Notes: a model not told the origin generated them from the sequence alone. 64,000 nt of DNA from Anaerohalosphaeraceae bacterium (GCA_050309605.1 JBNRMN010000033.1:32001-96000), one strand, 5' to 3'; counted from the first letter of the stretch, positions 46,712 to 58,758 are shown. Numbers and translations: made by a program.

Positions 46712-46861
46712 ATGAGCAAGCAGGAAATAATCGAGTGCATTATCGAGATTAACCGAACCGCCAAGCCGGAGTTTTTGGATCAGTTCACGATTGAGGATCT
46801 TGATCTGTATCTTGAACATCTGATGGAAGTGGACCTCGAAGAGGTCTGCGTTTGTGCCTGA
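46712..46861 (+). CDS. Small acidic hypothetical protein (49 aa)
   Basis: Below the ORF-track cutoff: MSKQEIIECIIEINRTAKPEFLDQFTIEDLDLYLEHLMEVDLEEVCVCA. CAGGAG RBS and amphipathic helical pattern. Confidence 0.65.
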   Translation: MSKQEIIECIIEINRTAKPEFLDQFTIEDLDLYLEHLMEVDLEEVCVCA

Positions 46862-47136
46862 TACGCCGGTCGCGGAGTCTGGCTCAGGCCGCCTGCGATG
46901 TCCTTTGTCTGTATGTCATCCCCCCTCTACGTGCAATCGCGCATCCAAGCCGTTTTGAGTACCCTGTCAACGCTTGTCGTTTGGGGATGTGCTGCCTGGC
47001 AAAACCCCATCTCCAAGGCTTTTGACAGGTTTTTTCGTTGATTCGGCGGGGCATTTTGGCTTGACAGGTCGGAGGAAGTTGGTATTGTAGCACATAAAAG
47101 ACGAGAATTTCGACTTTCTTTCGAAAGGAGTTTCGT

Positions 47137-47922
47137 ATGGCCAGGATGACTTTGATTGCCGTTGTTGCCGCGTTGCTGTTGGCGGCCGGCTGCCGGGATC
47201 CGCGGCGCGATCACGCCCATTTGCTGGTGGAACCGGCCCCGATGGAAGCGGTTCGTGAGGGCTTTTTGATCCCCGGTGCGGGTGAAGCGGACTATGTGGA
47301 GCAGGTTGCCGCGACCCGTCAGGCCTATCGCGAGGCACTGGAATCGCTGATCGCTTATTATCGGTCGGTCGGCAATTACACCAAGGGACAATGGGCGCAG
47401 ACCGAGCTGCGAACGTTTAACCAGATGGTCAAATACACGTATCTGGCGCCGGCCGAGACGGCGCCGGCCAATCTTCAGGCGCGCGATGTGATTGACCAGG
47501 CCGAGCAGCTTTACGCCGACGGGATGAAGCTGTTTCGCGAGGCCGGCGGCGGGCTGCTGATTGTTGATGAGCCGAAACTCCGCGAGTCGCTTCAGTATTT
47601 CAACCAATTGATTGCCGAGTATCCGACCAGTACGCGGATCGACGATGCCGCCTATCGCGCCGGGCAAATCTATGAGCACTTGAAGAACTATGAACTGGCG
47701 GCGGTCTATTATCAGCGCGCGTTCCAGTGGAATGACAATACCCCCTATCCGGCGCGCTATCGGGCGGCGATGATTCTGGATCATCGGCTCAAGATGCGGT
47801 CCGAGGCGCTGGCATTGTACCAGCTGGCGGTCGAGCGGGAGGCCCGCTATTCAGATAATGTGGAAACCGCCAAACGTCGGATTGCCGAGCTGACCGGCGC
47901 CGGACAGCAGCCGATGGAGTAG
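47137..47922 (+). CDS. TPR-containing lipoprotein (BamD/YfiO-like)
   Basis: LAAGC lipobox; TPR segments ([25 protein letters not shown]); AAAGGAG RBS. Confidence 0.75.
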   Translation: MARMTLIAVVAALLLAAGCRDPRRDHAHLLVEPAPMEAVREGFLIPGAGEADYVEQVAATRQAYREALESLIAYYRSVGNYTKGQWAQTELRTFNQMVKYTYLAPAETAPANLQARDVIDQAEQLYADGMKLFREAGGGLLIVDEPKLRESLQYFNQLIAEYPTSTRIDDAAYRAGQIYEHLKNYELAAVYYQRAFQWNDNTPYPARYRAAMILDHRLKMRSEALALYQLAVEREARYSDNVETAKRRIAELTGAGQQPME

Positions 47923-47972
47923 CTGACAATCGTCATGCGCCGCAGAGGCGGCTTTGCGGAGGGCATGCACTG

Positions 47973-48248
47973 ATGGAACAGACGGCCAGAAAAGTCATTT
48001 TTCGCGGACGAGTGCAGGGTGTTGGCTTTCGCTACACGACCCATGGAATTGCCGGTAAATATAATCTGACCGGATTTGTGCGGAATCGCCCCGACGGCTC
48101 GGTCGAGGCACTGATGCAAGGGTCGGCCCACGCGATCGAGTTGTGTCTGAAAGAAATCACGGATCACTTCGGCGGTTATGTGCGCGATATGACGGTAAAT
48201 GAAGTTCCTGTCAATCCGCGCTATGCAAGTTTCCAGATTGCCTATTGA
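47973..48248 (+). CDS. acyP: Acylphosphatase
   Basis: [21 protein letters not shown]. Confidence 0.93.
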   Translation: MEQTARKVIFRGRVQGVGFRYTTHGIAGKYNLTGFVRNRPDGSVEALMQGSAHAIELCLKEITDHFGGYVRDMTVNEVPVNPRYASFQIAY

Positions 48249-48754
48249 CGACGGGTGTTTTGTTCGGTTTGCCTGGCCTGACGGGGCGAGCCGAAGAAGA
48301 TAAAGGTCAGCATCGCCAACGCCGCCCCGGCCAGGAACAACGCGCGGCGGATGTTGGGCTGGATGCACCGCTGGAGCCAGGCCGGCAGGGGCGTGGAGGT
48401 GTTGTTTTTCGCTTCGAGCATATCAAACAAAGCTTGCGTTTTTTGACGCAATCGCTGATTGTCGCCGCGCGGAAAAACGGTATCCTCGCGTTTGAGCGGC
48501 TGATTAAACGCCAGAACCCGAATCCGTTCCAGCACCGCCGGTTCCTGTTCAATGAGCTGGATGCGGGCGATGTACTGGTCGGTCAGTTCTTTGATTTGCT
48601 CGTTCTGCGCGTACACCTCCTGCAGGGCGCGTCGGCTCATGTAATAATTCATCAGCTCCGGCTCGGCCAGAATGGCCAGCGTCATCGCCCCGGCTCCGAC
48701 GGTAAAGAACAGGCAAAACCACAGAAAACGGATTGTCAAGGCCAAACGAGTCAA
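48242..48754 (-). CDS. Membrane protein with coiled coil, FtsB/DivIC (septum formation initiator)-like
   Basis: TM followed by a heptad-like stretch ending EPAVLERI; second TM at the C-terminus; lies downstream of eno. Confidence 0.55.
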   Translation of the reverse strand: MTRLALTIRFLWFCLFFTVGAGAMTLAILAEPELMNYYMSRRALQEVYAQNEQIKELTDQYIARIQLIEQEPAVLERIRVLAFNQPLKREDTVFPRGDNQRLRQKTQALFDMLEAKNNTSTPLPAWLQRCIQPNIRRALFLAGAALAMLTFIFFGSPRQARQTEQNTRRQ

Positions 48755-48759
48755 TGGAA

Positions 48760-48850
48760 AACTAAAGATTCAATATCAAAAAGCACAAGCAAGGAAGCAC
48801 AGCCTGCAGGACTGTCCACATTTTTTATCTTTGATGTTTGATATTATATG
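48760..48850. repeat. Degenerate gene-less heptamer inverted-repeat element
   Basis: AATATCAAA (48772-48780) pairs with TTTGATATT (48837-48845). Right arm TTTTTAT CTTTGAT GTTTGAT ATTATAT; small central hairpin. Confidence 0.5.
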
Positions 48851-48855
48851 TTACG

Positions 48856-48892
48856 AAAAAAGGCACAGACGCAACGATTGCGCCTGCGCCTT
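48856..48892 (-). terminator. Intrinsic terminator downstream of eno
   Basis: Minus strand AGGCGCAGGCGCAA-TCG-TTGCGTCTGTGCCT followed by a T-run; the stem mismatches are G-U on this strand. Confidence 0.8.
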
Positions 48893-48911
48893 ATGTCAAG
48901 TATCGGGCAAA

Positions 48912-50228
<1,317 letters not shown>

Positions 50229-50495
50229 TCATCGTCCGCGGCTCAGCCGCAGCGGCCGCGCACAGTCTCCCTTGATTCAACACTACAAACAGTCGCATAA
50301 GCCTACCGTATGCAGCCGATTCCGTCAAGAACGGTTTTTGTGAAATTTCCACCCTCTCCAATCGCCCGTTTAATCGATGGGTCGCCGGTTCAGAGCGTTT
50401 TTGCAGCATTGCAAGACCGGCGGTAAACACTATAATCTCAACGCGTATGTCTGTGCGGACGGCGACGGGGGTTTTTCATTTGATGGACAGAAGAA

Positions 50496-51740
50496 ATGTA
50501 TGATATTGGGATTGTCGGCGGCGGAGCGGCCGGGCTGATGGCGGCCATAGCCGCAGGACAGGCCGGCGCCCGAGTTTGCGTCATTGAGCGAAACAGCGCC
50601 TTGGGACGGAAGCTGCGGATGACCGGCGGCGGGCGGTGCAACCTGACGCATTACGGCGCCATCGACGAACTGGTGCGGGCCTATGGCCGTTGCGGCCGTT
50701 TCCTGAGACACGCGCTGCATACCTTCGGGCCGATTGCGGTCATCCGATTCTTTGCCGAGTATGATCTGGCCTGTGCCGTCGAAAAGGACGGCTGCGTCTT
50801 TCCCGCCGTCCATCGCGCGTCGGATATTTGCCGTATCCTGCACGAGGCCGGCTGTCGGGTCGGCGTGCGGTATCAGTTCAGCAGACGGGTCGAGAGCGTA
50901 TCCCGCATCGATGGGGGATATGATCTGCACAGCGCCCGTGGAAGCATTGCCGCGCGCACCGTGATCATTGCCGCCGGCGGGGTCTCCTGGCCGCAGACCG
51001 GCAGCGACGGCGACGGCTATCGCCTGGCTCGCGAGCTTGGCCATACCATTGAACCGCCGCGCGCGTCGGTCTGTCCGGTCGTGGCCGCCGAGCCGTGGCT
51101 GGGCGATTGGCAGGGCGTGACGCTGAAAAATGTCGTTCTGAGGGCCAAAATCGACGGCAGGAAAATCGTCGCACACGGCGCGACGGTCTTTACCGCCAAC
51201 GGACTGGGCGGGCCGGCGGCCTTTGATCTGAGCCGTGAGATTACCGATATTCTGTATGCCGGCCGGGGACCGGTGGCGGTCACAATGGATATGGTTCCGG
51301 AGGCGTCTGCTGCTGAATTGGATGCCGAGTTGACAGATCAGTGTCGCGTGAACGCCAAACGCCGGGCGTTTACGATCCTGACGCCGCGGCTGCCGCGCGC
51401 GATAGCGATTCGATTGACAGCACTGATAGAGCCGTCGCCCTCGCTTTTGGCCGGGCAGTTAAAAAAACAGCAGCGCCGACAACTTCTCGGGCGGATCAAG
51501 TCCCTGCCGTTGACCCTCATCGCCGTCGCCCCGCTGACCCAGGCGACCGTGACCCGCGGCGGTGTGGCATTGGACGAGATCGACCCCAAAACCATGCAGT
51601 CGCGCACGTGTCCGGGGCTGTTCTTTGCCGGCGAGACGCTGGACGCCGACGGCCCCTGCGGCGGGTACAATCTTCAAATTGCCTGGTGTACCGCGGTTCT
51701 GGCGGCTCGATCTGCTGCACAGGTCGCCGTTTTGCATTGA
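50496..51740 (+). CDS. HI0933/BaiN-family FAD-dependent oxidoreductase
   Basis: GGGAAG, GRKLRMTGGGRCNLT, TGSDGDGY, VTRGGV, GGYNLQIA. Confidence 0.92.
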   Translation: MYDIGIVGGGAAGLMAAIAAGQAGARVCVIERNSALGRKLRMTGGGRCNLTHYGAIDELVRAYGRCGRFLRHALHTFGPIAVIRFFAEYDLACAVEKDGCVFPAVHRASDICRILHEAGCRVGVRYQFSRRVESVSRIDGGYDLHSARGSIAARTVIIAAGGVSWPQTGSDGDGYRLARELGHTIEPPRASVCPVVAAEPWLGDWQGVTLKNVVLRAKIDGRKIVAHGATVFTANGLGGPAAFDLSREITDILYAGRGPVAVTMDMVPEASAAELDAELTDQCRVNAKRRAFTILTPRLPRAIAIRLTALIEPSPSLLAGQLKKQQRRQLLGRIKSLPLTLIAVAPLTQATVTRGGVALDEIDPKTMQSRTCPGLFFAGETLDADGPCGGYNLQIAWCTAVLAARSAAQVAVLH

Positions 51741-51892
51741 ATCGGGCAACTTGACAGGAGAGGCATTTAACTATGCGGTTCGGCCATGCCGGCCGCCGTG
51801 TTGGCGTCAAGGTTCACGAACTGCCGCGCCCGTGCTGCAAATCGTGCTATGGGCTTGAGATTGCCGGTCGGGTTTGCTATGATACCTGCCGG

Positions 51893-52585
51893 ATGACCAA
51901 AAAGACGACACAATCGATTGTGATTACCATTGACGGCCCGGCCGGGGTGGGCAAGAGCACCGCTGCGCGGGGCCTGGCGCGTCGGCTGGGGGCGACGTTT
52001 CTGGATACGGGCGCGATGTATCGGGCCGTTACGCTGGCGGCCGTCGAACGCGGGATTGCCCCGGCTGAGACTGTTCGGGTAGAGGCGATGATGGACATCT
52101 GCCGGTTTGAATTCATTCCGGAAGGCGACAGGATGCGCGTTCTGATCGACGGCACGGACAAAACCGTCGATATTCGCATGCCCGACCTTACTGAACAGGT
52201 GCGGCCTATCGCCTCGGCGCCGGTTCTGCGCGATCGACTGGTGGCGATGCAGCGGGCTTTTGCCAAAGGGCGGGCAATGGTCGTTACCGAAGGCCGCGAT
52301 CAGGGGACCGTGGCCTTTCCCGATGCGTCGGTCAAATTCTTTCTGACGGCCGATTCAACCGAACGCGCCCGCCGTCGCCACGCGGAATTGGCTGCTGCAG
52401 GAAACGAACTGCCCCTCGAAGCCGTTCTGGCCCGACAGCAGCAGCGCGACGCAAGCGATCAGGGACGTGTCGCCGGCCCGCTGAAATCCGCCGATGACGC
52501 CATTGTGGTCGATACCACCGCAATGACCGCCGAGCAGGTCGTCGATCAACTGGAAACCATTGTACGTGAGAGGATTCATGACTGA
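51893..52585 (+). CDS. cmk: Cytidylate kinase
   Basis: IDGPAGVGKST, LDTGAMYR, EGRDQGT, RARRR. Confidence 0.95.
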   Translation: MTKKTTQSIVITIDGPAGVGKSTAARGLARRLGATFLDTGAMYRAVTLAAVERGIAPAETVRVEAMMDICRFEFIPEGDRMRVLIDGTDKTVDIRMPDLTEQVRPIASAPVLRDRLVAMQRAFAKGRAMVVTEGRDQGTVAFPDASVKFFLTADSTERARRRHAELAAAGNELPLEAVLARQQQRDASDQGRVAGPLKSADDAIVVDTTAMTAEQVVDQLETIVRERIHD

Positions 52586-53252
52586 CGATCATCCACAAGA
52601 AAATTGGTTGTGCCTGCTCTGGCAGCGAATAGGTCATATCGTTTCAGTCGGCATCTTGTCCATCCTGTACCGGGTACACATTTTCGGCAAAGAAAACGTG
52701 CCCCAAGACGGCCCCTTGCTGGTCGTCTGCAACCACCAGAGTTTTTTTGATCCGATGTTTTCACAGACATGGGTCTGGCGGCCGTTTTATTTTGTCCCGC
52801 GTCATACGCTGCTGCAAATCCCGTTCTGGGGACGCCTGATCCGATCATTTTTCGTCATTCCGATTCGACCGGGACAGGCGGACGTGGCGGCGATGAAAAC
52901 GATTATTAACTATCTCAAACAAGGCAAGGCGGTGTGTCTGTATCCCGAAGGTACGCGCACCTATGATGGACGCATTGGACAGGTCAAACCGGGTTTCGGA
53001 CTGATGAGCCGCCGCAGCGGGGCGTGTGTGCTGCCGGTGGTCATTGACGGGATGTTTGAAGCCTGGCCGCGCACACAAAAATACCCCCGACTCGGACGGG
53101 TGGGCGTGATGTACGGCAAGCCCTTCTCCGCCGAACAGATCAAAGCTCTCGGCGATGAGGCCTTTGCTGAAGAACTGACCATGACGCTCCGCCAAATGCA
53201 GGCCGAGCTTCGCGGCAAAATGGGTCGCGAACCGTTTGATTACGCCGAATAA
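52578..53252 (+). CDS. plsC: 1-acyl-sn-glycerol-3-phosphate acyltransferase
   Basis: NHQSFFD, YPEGTR. Confidence 0.88.
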   Translation: MTDDHPQENWLCLLWQRIGHIVSVGILSILYRVHIFGKENVPQDGPLLVVCNHQSFFDPMFSQTWVWRPFYFVPRHTLLQIPFWGRLIRSFFVIPIRPGQADVAAMKTIINYLKQGKAVCLYPEGTRTYDGRIGQVKPGFGLMSRRSGACVLPVVIDGMFEAWPRTQKYPRLGRVGVMYGKPFSAEQIKALGDEAFAEELTMTLRQMQAELRGKMGREPFDYAE

Positions 53253-53254
53253 TC

Positions 53255-54286
53255 ATGCCATGTATCCTACAAGACAATGTGTATAACGCGCGTCAGCCGC
53301 GGAGTACTCGCAAATTGAAGGTTTGGCGTTACGCGGGGCTGATGCTGACTTATCGCTGCAACGCGGCCTGTCGGTTTTGCTATTACTATTGCGGCCCGCA
53401 GGCCGGGGGGGTGCTGCCGACCGAGACCGCGATGCAGGCCTGGGCGGCCCTGCGGCGGCTGGCCGGCCCGTCGGCCAAACTACATCTGACCGGCGGCGAG
53501 CCGTTCCTCGTGTTTGATCGCTTATTGGACATTTGTGAACAAGCTCAGCGCTGCGGGCTGGGCGGGGCCGATTACGTCGAGACCAATGCCGGCTGGGTCG
53601 GCGACGAAACCGAAACGCGCCGTCGTTTGCGGGCACTGGATGCAGCGGGGCTGAAACGACTGAAAATAAGCTGGGACATCTTTCATGCCGAATTCGTGCC
53701 GGCTGACAAGGTGCGTCTGCTGGTTCGGCTGGCTCAAGAGGAACTGGGTCCCGACCGGGTGCTCGTCCGGTGGCAGCACTGGTTGAATGCGCTTGACGAT
53801 ACGGCCGCCATGGGTGAATCTGAACGCCTGGCCGTGATGCGACAGGCCATGGCCGAAGAGGGGGGGCGATTCACCGGACGGGCCGCCGAGACGCTCGGGA
53901 CGCTCTGTGCCGATCAATCCCCTGATGAACTAATCGGACGACACTGCCAAAGGTCCATTCTCGGGGCCAAGGGCGTGCATATCGACCCGTACGGCAACGT
54001 CTTCAGCGGCCAGTGCAGCGGTATGGCCGTTGGCAACCTCCATACGACGGGGCTGGATGCCCTCTGGAAGGGGTTTGATCCGGAAGCCTCGGATTTCTGG
54101 AAAACCCTCTGCCAGGCAGGTCCCGGCGGATTTCTCGAACCGGCTGCGGTTCTCGGCTATACGCCGCAAGCTCGGTACGCCTCAAAATGTCACCTTTGTA
54201 CCGATATTCGCAGGTTTTTTTTTGACAAAGGCCGATATTTGTCGATAATCTGTCCAAATGAATGTTACGGAAAGCAAGGCGTCTGA
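53255..54286 (+). CDS. Radical SAM protein with SPASM/twitch-like C-terminus
   Basis: CNAACRFC, TGGEP, ETNA, IDPYGNV, CHLC. Confidence 0.85.
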   Translation: MPCILQDNVYNARQPRSTRKLKVWRYAGLMLTYRCNAACRFCYYYCGPQAGGVLPTETAMQAWAALRRLAGPSAKLHLTGGEPFLVFDRLLDICEQAQRCGLGGADYVETNAGWVGDETETRRRLRALDAAGLKRLKISWDIFHAEFVPADKVRLLVRLAQEELGPDRVLVRWQHWLNALDDTAAMGESERLAVMRQAMAEEGGRFTGRAAETLGTLCADQSPDELIGRHCQRSILGAKGVHIDPYGNVFSGQCSGMAVGNLHTTGLDALWKGFDPEASDFWKTLCQAGPGGFLEPAAVLGYTPQARYASKCHLCTDIRRFFFDKGRYLSIICPNECYGKQGV

Positions 54287-54341
54287 ACCTGTCGGTTTGT
54301 TGGAGTCGGGATTCAGTCGTCCAAGGTGATATCCATAGTGA

Positions 54342-55598
54342 ATGATAAGGCGGCACATTTTGGCCAATAGTGACACAACCAGCTTTGATACGCTCTTGGG
54401 GCGGATGGCAATCGACCAGCGGCTTTGTACCGAAGAGGAACTGCGTCATTGTGTCGAAGAAACCAAACAAAAAGCCGGTGATAGTCCCGTCACTCTGGAG
54501 CAGGTTCTGCTGCAAAAGCGCTATATTACTCCGAACCAACTGAATCGACTGAAGGCGAATATCAAGGAAAGCCGCGACACGGCGGGCCAGATTCCCGGCT
54601 ATAAGATCCTGGGCAAACTCGGCTCCGGCGCGATGGCGGTGGTCTATAAGGCCAAACAGCTATCGCTGGATCGCACGGTGGCGATCAAGGTGCTGCCCAA
54701 GAAATTCGTCCAGAAATCCGACTATGTCGAGCGGTTTTACAAAGAAGGCCGTCTGGCGGCCAAGATGAATCACAACAACATCGTCCAGGCCATCGATGTC
54801 GGCGAAGTGGGGGGGTTGTATTATTTTGTGATGGAGTATGTCGAGGGGCGAACGCTGTATGACGATTTGTCCCAGGGCAAAATTTTTGACGAACGCGAGG
54901 CGATTGACATCGTGATTCAGGTGGCCAGGGCACTGGGCCATGCCCATGCCCAGGGGCTGATTCACCGTGATGTCAAGCCCAAGAACATTATGATTAACAA
55001 AGACGGCGTGGTTAAACTGGCCGATATGGGGCTGGCCCGCGAGACCTCCGACATCAAGGCGGCCAAACACGAAAAGGGCAAGGCCTTCGGCACGCCGTAT
55101 TATATCGCCCCCGAACAGATTCGCGGCGAGGTGGATATCGACGGGCGGGCGGACATTTATTCGCTGGGCGGCACGTTGTTTCATATGGTCACCGGTCGGG
55201 TGCCGTTTGAGGCCGGCACGCCTTCGGAAGTGATGCGAAAACACCTCAAAGAGCCGCTCGTCCCGCCGGATCATATCAACACCGTCCTGTCAACGGGGAT
55301 TTCCGAGGTCATCGAGGTGATGATGGCCAAAGACCGAAACGAACGCTACAGCACCATGGACGAGGTCATCACCGACCTGGAAGCGGTCCGCGACGGCAAG
55401 CCCCCCCTGCGGGCACGCCAGAAATTCAACTTCGAGGCCCTGCGCGAACTGGAAGAGGGCGCCGCCATTCAAGTCTCCGAAGACGGCGTCAAGATGTACC
55501 CTGAAGAAATCGTCGCCAAATACCGCATTGCCGTGATCATCCTCGGCGCTGTCATTGGTGTGCTGCTGTTGATTATTCTCTTTATGGTGATGTCCTGA
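54342..55598 (+). CDS. Serine/threonine protein kinase with C-terminal TM
   Basis: LGSGAMAVV, VAIK, HRDVKPKN, DMG, GTPYYIAPE. Confidence 0.93.
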   Translation: MIRRHILANSDTTSFDTLLGRMAIDQRLCTEEELRHCVEETKQKAGDSPVTLEQVLLQKRYITPNQLNRLKANIKESRDTAGQIPGYKILGKLGSGAMAVVYKAKQLSLDRTVAIKVLPKKFVQKSDYVERFYKEGRLAAKMNHNNIVQAIDVGEVGGLYYFVMEYVEGRTLYDDLSQGKIFDEREAIDIVIQVARALGHAHAQGLIHRDVKPKNIMINKDGVVKLADMGLARETSDIKAAKHEKGKAFGTPYYIAPEQIRGEVDIDGRADIYSLGGTLFHMVTGRVPFEAGTPSEVMRKHLKEPLVPPDHINTVLSTGISEVIEVMMAKDRNERYSTMDEVITDLEAVRDGKPPLRARQKFNFEALRELEEGAAIQVSEDGVKMYPEEIVAKYRIAVIILGAVIGVLLLIILFMVMS

Positions 55599-55619
55599 CC
55601 GACCGCCGCCGGCCCGTTC

Positions 55620-56477
55620 TTATTGGGCATTGTCTTGGGTCTTTGTTTGGCGGTCGATGTATCGCGTATAGCGCCAGTCCATCGGCCCCAGTGTCCGGTC
55701 GATCAAGTCATAGAGTTCGGGGTCGTATTCTCTCAGTTTCTCACGGGTGTTGACGTGGTTGTGGACGCCGTCGGGGCCTTGTCGTCTGCTCTTTTGGTTG
55801 CAGTCAAAATAGCTCTGTACGCCCTCGGCCCAGTACTCGGCCGCATTCGTGCCGGCGTAAGTTCTTTCCCACAGTCCTTTGGCTCTGGCCTGGCGGTACA
55901 GGCGATCCAGCGTCTGCTGAAAGTCAGGCTCAAGTCGTCGCACGTTCGAATGGATACTGTGTGCAAACTCATGGATAAAAATGTTTTCGCCCCGGTATCG
56001 GTCGCCGCTGAGGTTGAGCAGATTTTCCTGGCCACAACTGACCAGACGGCGTCCGCCGTAGCCGCGCACACGACGATTTTGCCGAGCCGCTTCCTGCGGA
56101 TCGGCTTTGTAATACTCCGGAATTTCGGAGACTTCTTCATCGGCGCCGATGACGATCATGCGCGTGTTGCTGCGGCTCATCAGTTCCAGAAGATCCGGTC
56201 GGTTTTGCAATACATGGCCGATCAGATAGGCCGTTTCGTACAGGGCCTCATCGGCAACGTTTTCGGAACTGGTTACAGCGATGCCGTCGGCGTCCAGATA
56301 TTTTTTGTAAAATGGATTGAGGCGATACCGTTGAACGATTGATTCCGGAGGAGAGGTCACCGCTTTTTTGGGGGTCTCGGAGTTCTCAGGTTTGCTGCCG
56401 GTCGCCCCAAGTGGAACCTGAAACAAAGAAATCGACACCCATAACCCAAAAATCCACAGCGTTGTGCCTTTGATCAT
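55620..56477 (-). CDS. Secreted zinc metallopeptidase-like protein
   Basis: Signal peptide, ENIFIHEFAH, YAGTNAAEYWAE, LREYDPELY. Confidence 0.78.
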   Translation of the reverse strand: MIKGTTLWIFGLWVSISLFQVPLGATGSKPENSETPKKAVTSPPESIVQRYRLNPFYKKYLDADGIAVTSSENVADEALYETAYLIGHVLQNRPDLLELMSRSNTRMIVIGADEEVSEIPEYYKADPQEAARQNRRVRGYGGRRLVSCGQENLLNLSGDRYRGENIFIHEFAHSIHSNVRRLEPDFQQTLDRLYRQARAKGLWERTYAGTNAAEYWAEGVQSYFDCNQKSRRQGPDGVHNHVNTREKLREYDPELYDLIDRTLGPMDWRYTRYIDRQTKTQDNAQ

Positions 56478-56756
56478 AGCCGCCCTTTCCGTTGAGATTG
56501 TTCGATGCGGTCGTCCGCAGTGGTACTTTGATCTCCAATTGAACTTCTGATGGACCGTTACGTCAATTACTTTTCTGAAAAACTGTTCTGAATAGATCGC
56601 AACTTCTTATATTTTATCCATTTATCGAAATTCAAGCGCCGGGGTTTTCGGGCTGATGTTAAGCCATTGAGCCGGTTTTTCCTCCTCGAAACGACAAAAA
56701 CTGTTTACAGATTCACCCCGGCCGGATACCTTTGAGCATATAGACTCGATACTCGA

Positions 56757-57419
56757 ATGACCTCAGAGAAATACAGGACAATGCAAGACGACAATGCGCC
56801 CAGGCTGGATTGGTTTGCGATTGCCAGAGAACTCAAGACGATTTCGCAGGCGGGCAAGTTTTTTGCCAAGGATGATTACGAACGCAAACGGCACGAGGAC
56901 ATTGAGGCGATTTGTGCGCGAATCGTCGCCGGCTACACTGAATCTTCGGTCGGTGATGCGCTGCGGCTGCTGCAGCAGGACAGCGGCTATCCGACGCCGA
57001 AGGTCGATTGCCGCGGCGTGGCCTTTCGCGACGACAAGGTACTGCTCGTGCTTGAACGCGAAGACGGCGGCTGGACGCTGCCGGGCGGGTGGTGCGATCA
57101 GGGGCTGACCCCCGCCCAGAACGTTGCACGTGAGTTTTGGGAAGAAAGCGGCTACGAGGTGCGCGTCATCCGTCCGCTGGCGGTTTACGACCGCGATAAT
57201 CAGGGCCACACGCCGCCGTATTTGTTCAGCATCTACAAGCTGTTCTTTTTGTGCGAGATCACCGGCGGGTCGCCCCAATCCAGCAGCGAAACCAGCGATG
57301 TGCGATTCTTCGGGATGGACGACATTCCGCCGCTGTCCAAGGGCCGCACCCTTGAACGACAGCTCCATCGCTTTTATGAACAATACAAAACCGGCGATCT
57401 GACCGTCGATTTTGATTAG
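56757..57419 (+). CDS. NUDIX hydrolase with N-terminal helical domain
   Basis: GYPTPKVD, WTLPGG...REFWEESG Nudix box. Confidence 0.9.
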   Translation: MTSEKYRTMQDDNAPRLDWFAIARELKTISQAGKFFAKDDYERKRHEDIEAICARIVAGYTESSVGDALRLLQQDSGYPTPKVDCRGVAFRDDKVLLVLEREDGGWTLPGGWCDQGLTPAQNVAREFWEESGYEVRVIRPLAVYDRDNQGHTPPYLFSIYKLFFLCEITGGSPQSSSETSDVRFFGMDDIPPLSKGRTLERQLHRFYEQYKTGDLTVDFD

Positions 57420-57451
57420 TCCGCAACGGGTGTTTAATCCGGAGTTGCCCT

Positions 57452-58678
57452 ATGTTTTATCGCCGTTCGATTCTATGGAAAGTCGCGGCCCTGCTGGTTG
57501 TCGGCATCGGCGCAAGTTGGACCGCCGCTGAAACCGATTTGCCCGAAACCATTGGTCCCTATCTGCAGCATCCCGGTACGGATCGAATGACCGTGTGTTT
57601 TCTGACGCGCCATGCCGAATACGTCGAGGCACATTATCAGCCGACAGCCGGCGGGCAGAGACGACAGGTTCAACCGACGGCTCAGGCGATTGACGGGACG
57701 CCCTGGACCGTCTGGAAGGCCGCACTGACGAATCTTGAGCCGGAGACCGTTTATGCGTATGAGCTGGTCTATCGTACCAGCGACCGGCAAGGGCGGACGC
57801 CGTCTTTGCGTTTCAGGACGCTGTCTGAACAATCCGAGACGATTAAAGCCGCCTTCTTCAACGACCTGCACAGCCGGCCGGATACGCTCAAGGCCCTGAT
57901 GGAGCACGTCGGGCCGGAGGATTTTGAATTTTCGGTGTTGATGGGCGACTGCTGGCAGGACCCCTCGTCGGCCAATGGGGCCGAGGCGGTATTTGCTGTA
58001 TTGAATGACTATGTCCGCCTGCTGCAAGCCGGTGAAAAGCCAATGCTTTATATTCGCGGCAACCACGAGGTCCGCGGGACGTTTGCCGCCTCAATGGCGT
58101 ATTTGTTCGATCTGCCGATGCTGGATCCGACGGCCGCACTGGGTGAACAGGCGCATCAGTTTGCATTGACGGCCGGGCCGATACGGCTGATCGCGCTGGA
58201 TACGGGGGAGGATTTTGATAAACGGGCTGACCTCTTTGAGCCGATGCGCCGTCGGCAGGTCGGCTGGCTGAAGCGGATTCTGAACACCGATCATGCCGCG
58301 ACCTGGCAGATTCTGGCAACACATCAGCCGCTTTACAACACGACCATCTGGTATTCTGAAGCGTCCCGGGCACTGTGGGAACCGATGTTGGCCGAAGCGG
58401 AGATTGATATCGCACTGGCCGGGCATGACCATCGCTGGAAACATCTCTCTGCCGGCGAGCGTTTTGAGGTTAGCCTGAGCCAAGAGGACGCCAAACGGCA
58501 TATCGGCACTGCCGGTGTCTTTTCTCTGCACGTGCCCTGGCCGATCCTTATCGGCGGCGGCCCGGCGGTTAATCAGGCGACTGTGATGCTGCTCAACGCC
58601 GACAAGCAAACGCTGCAAATCCGTCTGCTGGCCGCGGCTGACGGAAAGACGCTGACCGAAATCACCCTGGACAAATAA
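57452..58678 (+). CDS. Secreted FN3-domain metallophosphoesterase (purple acid phosphatase-like)
   Basis: GPYLQ, LEPETVYAY, NDLH, GD, GNHE, GHDH. Confidence 0.85.
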   Translation: MFYRRSILWKVAALLVVGIGASWTAAETDLPETIGPYLQHPGTDRMTVCFLTRHAEYVEAHYQPTAGGQRRQVQPTAQAIDGTPWTVWKAALTNLEPETVYAYELVYRTSDRQGRTPSLRFRTLSEQSETIKAAFFNDLHSRPDTLKALMEHVGPEDFEFSVLMGDCWQDPSSANGAEAVFAVLNDYVRLLQAGEKPMLYIRGNHEVRGTFAASMAYLFDLPMLDPTAALGEQAHQFALTAGPIRLIALDTGEDFDKRADLFEPMRRRQVGWLKRILNTDHAATWQILATHQPLYNTTIWYSEASRALWEPMLAEAEIDIALAGHDHRWKHLSAGERFEVSLSQEDAKRHIGTAGVFSLHVPWPILIGGGPAVNQATVMLLNADKQTLQIRLLAAADGKTLTEITLDK

Positions 58679-58758
58679 CACAGCACCGCCGTTTTGTGCG
58701 ATGGAGGGTTCACAAAATCAGAGCACAAAACGTTGCCTGAACAGCAGGAGAGCGGTTC

